Assembly (NCBI GenBank): GCA_965261085.1
Contig: OZ253442.1
Location: 2,208,001-2,272,000, forward strand
From: a bacterium
GTDB lineage: Bacteria > UBA8248
DNA: 64,000 nucleotides
Direction of reading: 5' to 3'
Part shown: positions 57,189-64,000 of the stretch, one piece after another
How the letters are laid out: every line of letters starts with the position of its first letter
How positions within the stretch are numbered: position 1 is the first letter of the stretch
Notes under the pieces: generated by a model
What the model was told of the DNA's origin: nothing
Databases searched by the model: none
What the model saw: the letters and a program-made list of their open reading frames with translations, nothing else
Made by a program: the position numbers and the translations under genes

Positions 57189-58277
57189 TTGAACGTGGAA
57201 GACTTGCTGAGAAAGGGCGTCTCATCGCTTCACGCCTATGTTCCGGGGCGCTCCATCGAAGAGGTGGCCGCCGAGTACGGGCTGAGCGAAGTCATCAAGC
57301 TCGCCAGCAACGAGAATGCGCTCGGCCCCGCACCCGGCGCGGTGGATGCGATTCGCAGCGCGCTTGATGGCCTGCACCGCTATCCCGACGGCGGGGCGAA
57401 GGCGCTGGTGGGCCGACTGGCGCAAAAACTGGGCGTCTCCCCGTCGCAGGTGTTCATGGGCAACGGCGGAGACGACGTTCTCTCCGTCTTGAGCAGAACC
57501 TTTCTCAACGACAGCGACGAGGTGGTCATTCCCCAGCCGACCTTCAGCCCCTATGCGCATGTGAGCCGGGTGATGGGCGCACAAGTCGTTTTCTCGCCTC
57601 TGCGGGATATGAAAATCGATCTGGACGACGTTCTCGATAAGGTTTCCGGGCGCACGAAAATCGTCTTCCTTTGTTCTCCGAACAACCCCACGGGCGGGAT
57701 TCTGGCCGAAGGTGAACTCGTCTCCTTCCTCGAAAAAATACCCGAAGGCCTCCTGGTGCTCCTGGATGAGGCCTATGGCGATTTCGCAGACGACCCTTCG
57801 TATCCCGACAGCGTCTCTTTGATCGACCGCTTTCCGCTGGTCGTCCTGCGGTCGTTTTCGAAAATCTACGGCCTGGCCGGCCTTCGCGTGGGATTCGCCT
57901 TGAGCCGAGAGGGCGTCGTTGATTACATGAACCGCGTTCGCGAGCCTTTCAACGTGAATCAGCTCGCGCAGGCGGCGGCCCTGGCAGCGCTCGAGGACGA
58001 CGGCTACAGGGAGCGCGCCATCGCTCTGGTTCGGAAGGGAAGAGAAGCGCTCTACCTGGCGTTTGAGAAGATGGGACTCGATTACGTGGAGAGCCAGGCC
58101 AATTTTATTTTCGTGCGCGTGGGGGACGGCGATGCGGCGATGGACGCCCTGATGCGCGAGGGCGTCATCGTTCGTCCCGGCAGCGCGTTCGGACATCCCG
58201 AATGGATCCGCGTCACCGTCGGACTCGAGACGGAGAACGAGCGCTTCCTCCTGAAGCTCAGAGATTTTCTCGCCTGA
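57189..58277 (+). CDS. hisC: Histidinol-phosphate aminotransferase
   Basis: IKLASNEN, RYPD, PNNPTG, DEAY, SFSKIYGLAGLRVG. Confidence 0.93.
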   Translation: MNVEDLLRKGVSSLHAYVPGRSIEEVAAEYGLSEVIKLASNENALGPAPGAVDAIRSALDGLHRYPDGGAKALVGRLAQKLGVSPSQVFMGNGGDDVLSVLSRTFLNDSDEVVIPQPTFSPYAHVSRVMGAQVVFSPLRDMKIDLDDVLDKVSGRTKIVFLCSPNNPTGGILAEGELVSFLEKIPEGLLVLLDEAYGDFADDPSYPDSVSLIDRFPLVVLRSFSKIYGLAGLRVGFALSREGVVDYMNRVREPFNVNQLAQAAALAALEDDGYRERAIALVRKGREALYLAFEKMGLDYVESQANFIFVRVGDGDAAMDALMREGVIVRPGSAFGHPEWIRVTVGLETENERFLLKLRDFLA

Positions 58278-58326
58278 GATTGTTTCGTGATGTGCTCAGC
58301 CGGAATCTGAAAACGGTTTTGAAAAT

Positions 58327-58370
58327 AAAACCCCCGACGCGGGCGTTTCGTTTCCTGCGTCGGGGGTTTT
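58327..58370. terminator. Bidirectional intrinsic terminator between hisC and hup
   Basis: AAAACCCCCGACGC...GCGTCGGGGGTTTT. Confidence 0.8.
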
Positions 58371-58523
58371 GGCTTAAAATTTCTGTTTCGAGGATGAAGA
58401 CTTTACGGATGCCGGATAAATACGAAAACGGGACTACTCGGCGCTTAAGTGGAGGTTGCCTGACGGAATCCCAATATACCGAATCGGGTGATTCTCGAAT
58501 GCGGCGTGTTCAGAGGCCCGTGT

Positions 58524-58799
58524 TTATTTGTTCACCGCATCCTTGAGGCCTTTGCCTGCGGAGAACTTGGGCGCCTTGCTCGCCTTGATGGATATTTCCT
58601 CGCCCGTTTGCGGGTTGCGTCCCGTACGCGCGGCCCGCTTTGAAACGGAAAATGTTCCGAATCCGACCAGAGAGACGCGGTCCCCTTTTTTCAGAGCTTG
58701 CGTCACGGAATCAAGCAAGGACTTCAGGGCCCGGTCTGCCGCCGCCTTCGATATGCCGGCCTCACCGGCGATTTTTTCTACAAGATCGGATCTCTGCAT
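58524..58799 (-). CDS. hup: DNA-binding protein HU
   Basis: [24 protein letters not shown]. Confidence 0.96.
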   Translation of the reverse strand: MQRSDLVEKIAGEAGISKAAADRALKSLLDSVTQALKKGDRVSLVGFGTFSVSKRAARTGRNPQTGEEISIKASKAPKFSAGKGLKDAVNK

Positions 58800-59067
58800 T
58801 GGAGTCCTCCACTTTCAATTACGGGCTTTATGTAACCGATGACATCGCTATTGTATATCATAAGATAAACCAATCTATCTTAGCCACACGGAGAGGTCAA
58901 TACATAAAGTGGGGGGAGGGGAATTATCTCATCGGTTGGCATGTTTTTGTAACTATAAATCTTTTAATATTAGATACTTAAAAAAATCAAAAATCTTTAT
59001 CAAATCTGCAAATAGAGTGAGCACGCGTGTTTAGACTGTTTCGCGAAACTTTACTGAAGACTGAAAC

Positions 59068-60789
59068 CTAGCGGAGCGAGAGGCCCGTGCGGCGCGGCAT
59101 TTTGCGAAGGCGCTCATAGCGCGCGACGGTGGGCTGTTCGAGCAGGGGTTTGGGCTCGTTCTCGAGGTTTTGCTGGTGGACGTCATCCGCGAAACCTTTC
59201 ATGCCAACCCGGGGCAGCGCCTTGCCGATGAAGCGCTCGATGTTCTTGACGGGCGTGATTTCGCCGGGCGACATGAGCGTCATGGCGAAACCGATGCGGC
59301 CTGCGCGCGCCGTTCTGCCTGCCCGGTGCACGTAGTCTTCGGGGTATTCGGGCACGTCGTAGTTGATGACGTGCGAGATGCCCGTCACGTCGATGCCGCG
59401 CGAAACGATGTCCGTCGCCACGAGAATGCGGTGCTTGCCCTGGCGAAATCCAGTCAGCGCGCTCTCTCTCTGGCGCTGGCTTCTGTCCGAATGAATCTTG
59501 GCGACGGAAATTTCCTCGTTCTCCAGGAAATTGCAGAGCACATCGGCCCCGGTTTTGGTTCGCGTGAAGATGAGAACGCTGGTGGGGTTGTATTTGTCGA
59601 TGATGCCCAACACGCCGCGCGGCTTGTTCGCCATGCTGATGGGATAGACGCCGTGGTGGATGCCCTCCGCCGGCGTCGAGGGCGTCGAGATGTTGATCTG
59701 GACCGGCTCGCTCACCGCGCGGTTCGCCAGATCCTGAATTTTCTGGGGCATGGTGGCGGAGAAGAGCATGGTTTGCCGCTTTTCGGGCAAGCGTTTCAGT
59801 ATATCGGTGATCTCCTCGGCGAAGCCCATGTCCAGCATGCGGTCGGCCTCGTCGATGATGAGGATCTCCAGTTTCCTGAAATGAACGGATTTCCGGTTCA
59901 GGTGGTCGAGCAGTCTGCCGGGCGTCGCGACGACGATGTCCACGTCGTCCTGAAACGCCTGGAATTGGGGCTCGTAGTCCACTCCGCCGTAAATGACGGC
60001 GCACGAGGTTTCGAGGTGTTTCCCCAGCCGGTGGAAATGCTCAGAAACCTGGATGGCCAGCTCTCGCGTGGGCGTCAGGACGAGACACCGCGTGCCCGAG
60101 CCGCCTTGTAAGCGTTCAAGCGTCGGCAATGCGAACGAAGCGGTTTTGCCCGTACCCGTCTGGGCGCAGCCGATGATGTCCCGCCCCTCGCGCGCGACGG
60201 GAATCGCCTCCCGCTGGATGGGAGTGGGGGATTCGAACCCGAGGCCGTGAATCCCTCGGAGCAGTTCCGGCCCGAAGCCGAGTTCCCGGAAGCCCTCGGG
60301 CGCCTCGTCGACCTCGAAATCGCCCACGCCGAATTCGGCGGGGTCTTTTTGGTAGGTGATTCCGTTATAGGAGGGATTTGCGGCTTTCTGGGATTTTTGC
60401 GGCGCGGCCTGCGCTCCCGCCACCGCGGGTTTTTTGTTATGGCGCCTTCTTTTTCTTTGATTTTTGGATGGGTTATCGTCGTTTTTCAGCTTTTTCGATT
60501 CTAGGGTCGTTCCGTTTTGCTTATGCAAAGGTTCTCCATTATTTTGTTTTCTCCGCGGGCGTCTGCGCCGGCGGCGCGGATTCACGGAATTCGTTGTCGT
60601 CGGGTCGGTTTTTTCCTGCCGGGATTCGACATCGGCGGGTTTCGAGGTGGAAGATGCGTTGCTCCGATCGGCATGGGTTGCGGATGGCGCGGAAGCGGAT
60701 TCCTGAACCTTGGGGGGAGATTGACTCTCGGGGGAGTTTGCTTTGTTTTTGGAGCGAATGATGCTCGCTAAATGTTTGAAAATTCTCAC
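59068..60789 (-). CDS. DEAD-box RNA helicase (RhlE/RhlB-like) with long disordered N-terminus
   Basis: Q motif PTPIQ, AQTGTGKT, PTRELA, DEAD, SAT, HRAGRTAR. Confidence 0.93.
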   Translation of the reverse strand: MRIFKHLASIIRSKNKANSPESQSPPKVQESASAPSATHADRSNASSTSKPADVESRQEKTDPTTTNSVNPRRRRRRPRRKQNNGEPLHKQNGTTLESKKLKNDDNPSKNQRKRRRHNKKPAVAGAQAAPQKSQKAANPSYNGITYQKDPAEFGVGDFEVDEAPEGFRELGFGPELLRGIHGLGFESPTPIQREAIPVAREGRDIIGCAQTGTGKTASFALPTLERLQGGSGTRCLVLTPTRELAIQVSEHFHRLGKHLETSCAVIYGGVDYEPQFQAFQDDVDIVVATPGRLLDHLNRKSVHFRKLEILIIDEADRMLDMGFAEEITDILKRLPEKRQTMLFSATMPQKIQDLANRAVSEPVQINISTPSTPAEGIHHGVYPISMANKPRGVLGIIDKYNPTSVLIFTRTKTGADVLCNFLENEEISVAKIHSDRSQRQRESALTGFRQGKHRILVATDIVSRGIDVTGISHVINYDVPEYPEDYVHRAGRTARAGRIGFAMTLMSPGEITPVKNIERFIGKALPRVGMKGFADDVHQQNLENEPKPLLEQPTVARYERLRKMPRRTGLSLR

Positions 60790-60867
60790 GATTAATGTTT
60801 ATAGGAAAGATGTTCGCGTCTGTCAAGCGCGAAACTCGAGGACTCGTAATTGCAAGGGAGTGGGTTC

Positions 60868-61869
60868 ATGACGAAAAAAGGGATCGTTTTGTGGCATCAG
60901 GAGACCATCGACGCGCGCGACATTCCGCTGTTCGCCCGGTGGTGTGAGGATTCGGGCATCGACTCGCTCTGGTTTCCCGAAACCTGGGTGCGCGACGGCA
61001 GCATCCACATCGCCATGGCGGCGCAGGCGGTGGACAACATCAAGCTGGGCTCGGCGGTGTTCAACATTTACGGTAGAAGCCCGGGTTTGATGGCCCAAAC
61101 GGCGGCGGAACTCGACGTGTTGAGCAATGGCCGCTTCCATCTCGGGCTCGGCTCGAGCGGCCGGGCGGTGATCGAGAACTGGCACGGGGTTCCCTTCGGC
61201 AGCCCCCTGAAGCGCTCACGGGAGATGGTCGAAGCCCTGCGTCAGGCGTTTCGCGGCGATCGCGTGGAGCTCAGTGGCGAAATCTACCGGATGAGCGGTT
61301 TCAAGCTCAGGCGAAGGCCGGTGCAGGAGCGCCTGCCCATCTATCTGGGGTCAAACGGCCCGAACTATACGAGGCTGACCGGTGAGATCGCCGATGGCTG
61401 GATTCCTTTCTGCATCCCGTTTTCGAAAACACAAGACGCGCTGAAATTCCTGGAAGAGGGCGCTGAATCGGCGGGCAGGGCGGTTTCTGAAATCGACGTG
61501 GCGCCCTTCGTCTACGCGGCGCCTTTTGACGATCTGGCGCGCGCGCGCGCACTCGTAAAGCCCGAACTCGGCTTTTACATCGGCGCGATGGGCGATTACT
61601 ATCACGCCCAGCTCACGCGCTGGGGCTACGGGGAAGACGCCGACAACATCCGGGTGGCCTGGCGGAAGGGAGGCCGCAGAGTTGTGGGAGAAGCGCTCTC
61701 GGATGAACTGGTGGATGATCTCGCCATCTGCGGTCCCAAATCGAGATGCAACGAGATGCTGGCCTCTCTCAGGGAGATGGGCGTCACGCAGCCGCTTTTC
61801 CGCGTGCCCGACGAGACGCCCGAAGAGGACGTGAAGCGAGCGCTTAGGACATTGGGAGAACTCGACTAG
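60868..61869 (+). CDS. LLM-class flavin/F420-dependent oxidoreductase
   Basis: W.PE, RSP..MAQ.AA.LD.LS.GRF.LGLG.S, PIYLG, GE.ADGW. Confidence 0.87.
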   Translation: MTKKGIVLWHQETIDARDIPLFARWCEDSGIDSLWFPETWVRDGSIHIAMAAQAVDNIKLGSAVFNIYGRSPGLMAQTAAELDVLSNGRFHLGLGSSGRAVIENWHGVPFGSPLKRSREMVEALRQAFRGDRVELSGEIYRMSGFKLRRRPVQERLPIYLGSNGPNYTRLTGEIADGWIPFCIPFSKTQDALKFLEEGAESAGRAVSEIDVAPFVYAAPFDDLARARALVKPELGFYIGAMGDYYHAQLTRWGYGEDADNIRVAWRKGGRRVVGEALSDELVDDLAICGPKSRCNEMLASLREMGVTQPLFRVPDETPEEDVKRALRTLGELD

Positions 61870-61873
61870 AGCG

Positions 61874-62398
61874 CTAAACGGGGTATCGCCCCCAGCCTGC
61901 GATGTGGCCCCTCAGATAGCAGATTTGCCCGATGTGCGAGAGGTGATCGCCCAGATACCTTCCCAGCACCAGACCGAGCTTGATGGGTTTCTTGGTGTAG
62001 AAATCGATTTCTTCCCGCTCCAGGTCCGCCGCGCTTAATTCCGCGAGGCAGGGGAGCGTTTTTTCGCGCACTGCTTCGAAATAACCCATCAGGGCGTCCT
62101 TGCTGACTTTAAGCGCGAGAACCTGTTCGAGAGTAAAGCCCACGCCGGTGCATTCAGTGTCGGGCTCCATGCCGAACCGATCGTGCCATTTCCCCTCTAT
62201 CCAAAGCTCCTGAGTTCCGCCGATGAACGAAAATGTTCTGTCCTCAAAGCGCGTCATATGCCAGACGAGCCAGCCCATGGGGTTGTCGTTCGGGCCCGGC
62301 TGAACCATTAAATCCTCATCGGTGACGTCATCCATGACTTCTCTAAGCCTCATCCCGTAGGCTTCCAGTCGCTCTCCTATGATTGTCGACGCATCCAT
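61874..62398 (-). CDS. DinB-superfamily protein
   Basis: N.MGWLVWHM...ED and H..HIGQI His triad; GGAGG RBS. Confidence 0.85.
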   Translation of the reverse strand: MDASTIIGERLEAYGMRLREVMDDVTDEDLMVQPGPNDNPMGWLVWHMTRFEDRTFSFIGGTQELWIEGKWHDRFGMEPDTECTGVGFTLEQVLALKVSKDALMGYFEAVREKTLPCLAELSAADLEREEIDFYTKKPIKLGLVLGRYLGDHLSHIGQICYLRGHIAGWGRYPV

Positions 62399-62428
62399 GT
62401 CCAGATTCCTCCATGGTTCGTGATGCAG

Positions 62429-62457
62429 AAAAAACGCCCCCACTCACGAGGGGGCGC
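62429..62457 (-). terminator. Intrinsic terminator after the deiodinase-like gene
   Basis: Minus strand GCGCCCCCTC-GTGA-GTGGGGGCGT followed by a T run. Confidence 0.7.
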
Positions 62458-62476
62458 TTATGGACGACTTGTCCGG

Positions 62477-63169
62477 CTAAATCGCGGTGCTTGCGCGAGC
62501 GGTGAAGATGGTTTGCTCCATTTTGGGCATCCCCTCGAACGCGGGGTCTTCGTTCACAATCCTGGCCAGATATTCATCCACGTGCTCGGCGTTCGACCAG
62601 GTGCATTTGTAGGCCACTTTGCCGTCCTTGCCGATGAGCCAGATGGTGTTCGGCAGGTCTCCGAGCATGGCGTGCACCTTTTGGTCCATCTCGTCGACGA
62701 GGATGTTGGTCTCCATGTTCTTGACCTCGGCGAGCTTCTGGGCGTAGCTCCGCTTGTGCTCGTAGGATTCATGGTTTCTGATCTCGGGGAACCCGCGTTC
62801 GCCCGCGTGGGGTTCTCTCACGTAGAGATTGAAGACGACCACGTCGCGGTCCGCATATTTCTCCTGCAATTCTTCGTAAAACGGCACCTGCCGCCTGTAT
62901 GGCGGTCACGTAATGGCGCCCGTGGTCATTACCACGTATTTCTTGCCCAGATAATCCGTCGTGCGGTGGGCGTTCCCGTGAATGTCTTTGAGTTCGAAGT
63001 CGGGGAAGGAGGTGCCGGGAGGAAGAACGTTTGGAAATTTCTTATAAAAACTCTTGACCCGTTTGCTTGTGACGAGTTTGATGGTCTTCAACAGGTTGAG
63101 GTATTGCCAGGACCAAAAACCCGCCAGCGGTCCCCAGGGTTTTGGGACTGAATCGTTAGCCGGTCTCAT
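62477..63169 (-). CDS. Iodothyronine-deiodinase-like (thioredoxin/Prx-fold) selenoprotein; TGA at 62906-62908 read as Sec
   Basis: Track ORFs 62906-63169 and 62477-62887 are in one frame: PDFELKD..G...VVMTTGAIT*PPYRRQ...FNLYVREPH...ILVDEMD...GDLPN. This matches the deiodinase pattern GSCT-U-PPF / YI.EAH. Confidence 0.8.
62880..62895 (-). promoter_or_regulatory. Candidate bacterial SECIS hairpin
   Basis: GGCGGC-AGGU-GCCGUU, with the loop starting after 16 nt downstream of the UGA; contains GCAGGU as in the E. coli fdhF SECIS. Confidence 0.55.
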
Positions 63170-63355
63170 ATAAGGAAACTCCTCTGCGAACTACGCTGAA
63201 TTGTATGGTGGTGTATGCACTGAACTTGTTTACCCAATCGCAGAGTGAAACACAACCGCCCAAACGTGGGAACGAAAGACGGTCCTTGAAGGGCGAATTT
63301 TGTGAATTTTTTATTTCAAGTTTTAATATCGTTTATCTAAAGTAGATTGTAGAAA

Positions 63356-64000
63356 TTAAAAATCAAACGACAGTTGCGGCTCCTTCTCCCCCGAAACGCC
63401 TTTTGAGGGATGTTTCGGAGGAGTGTTCTCACGCCCTTCGGAGTGGATCGGTTTTTTCGGGGGTTTCGTTGCGCCTGGTTCTTCAGGCGGCGCGTGAGCG
63501 GGGGATACGGATTCACCCGGCGGGGTCCACCTCGGTTTTCTTGTTCCAGGCAGTACCTCGTCCCCGGTCGCCTCATCCGGTTTTTCGCGGTGCTGATAAT
63601 CGTTTCTCCCCCGGGCGTCTGCGGCCGCCGCCTCGAGAGCCGCCGTCAGGTCTTTGGGTCGCTCCCAGGCGGCTTCTTGCGGGGATGCCCGCTCCCCGCC
63701 CTTCTTGCGCATGAGTTTGGATTTCAGGTCCTCGATGCGGGCGTAAAAGCCGGGGCTGTGGGGTGTGGAGGGTATTCGGAGAAATTTTCTGTCGATGTGG
63801 TGCATGAGTTCGTGGATGAGGGTATCGAGAAACGTTTTGCCCGCGACGACCTGTTCACGAATGGACGTGAGGTTGGCGATCTCGATCACCGCGTTTTCGC
63901 AATAATAGACGCCGTACAGCTTATAGGCGAGTTTTCCCCCGCGCAGCTTGTGGGGTTGCCGCTCATCGGACACGCGCAGGCGCGTACGGGAGATTTTGAG
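63356..64000 (-). CDS. SprT/Wss1(WLM)-like zinc metallopeptidase, 5'-truncated by the window edge
   Basis: FLDTLIHELMHH...PHSPGFY (HExxH plus third His); frame open to 64000; disordered tail ending QLSFDF. Confidence 0.7.
   Translation of the reverse strand, partial: LKISRTRLRVSDERQPHKLRGGKLAYKLYGVYYCENAVIEIANLTSIREQVVAGKTFLDTLIHELMHHIDRKFLRIPSTPHSPGFYARIEDLKSKLMRKKGGERASPQEAAWERPKDLTAALEAAAADARGRNDYQHREKPDEATGDEVLPGTRKPRWTPPGESVSPAHAPPEEPGATKPPKKPIHSEGRENTPPKHPSKGVSGEKEPQLSFDF

Noticed and set aside
58800-59067. Replication origin (AT-rich intergenic region upstream of hup)
   Set aside because: I found no cluster of TTATCCACA DnaA boxes and no dnaA/dnaN context; it is more simply the hup promoter region.

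Overview
A 64 kb piece of a GC-rich, Gram-negative (diderm, LPS-containing) bacterial chromosome. Gene order resembles deltaproteobacteria and Nitrospinota-like lineages (F0-only atp operon next to rex; argH-lptM-lysA-dapF...dapB...dapL-folK; ilvB-ilvN-psd-pssA), but the taxon is an inference. Most of the window is housekeeping: bamD (partial), mltD, pur cluster, gmhA, uxs, ugd, lptD, phospholipid genes, duplicated ilvB/ilvN, tsaB, rex, atpZIBE, Arg/Lys/folate/pantothenate genes, larEBC, hisC, HU and a DEAD-box helicase. Features that stand out: (1) a gene split by the ORF track at an in-frame TGA that reads as a selenocysteine-containing iodothyronine-deiodinase-like protein with a SECIS-like hairpin; (2) an intact IS1182-family element plus three non-coding units with the same terminal inverted repeats, nested in one another, with 5-bp target duplications, two of them inserted at the same loop position of a conserved hairpin; (3) a 7Fe ferredoxin fused to a transmembrane helix and an unknown C-terminal domain; (4) a SprT/Wss1-like zinc protease ending in a beta-clamp-binding-like motif; (5) a ubiquitin-like sulfur carrier downstream of a [4Fe-4S]-type larEBC operon; (6) a two-giant-TPR/ExbB/ExbD/TonB module with no receptor gene. 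I found no rRNA, tRNA or CRISPR array. All calls come from motif recognition by eye; no database searches were run.
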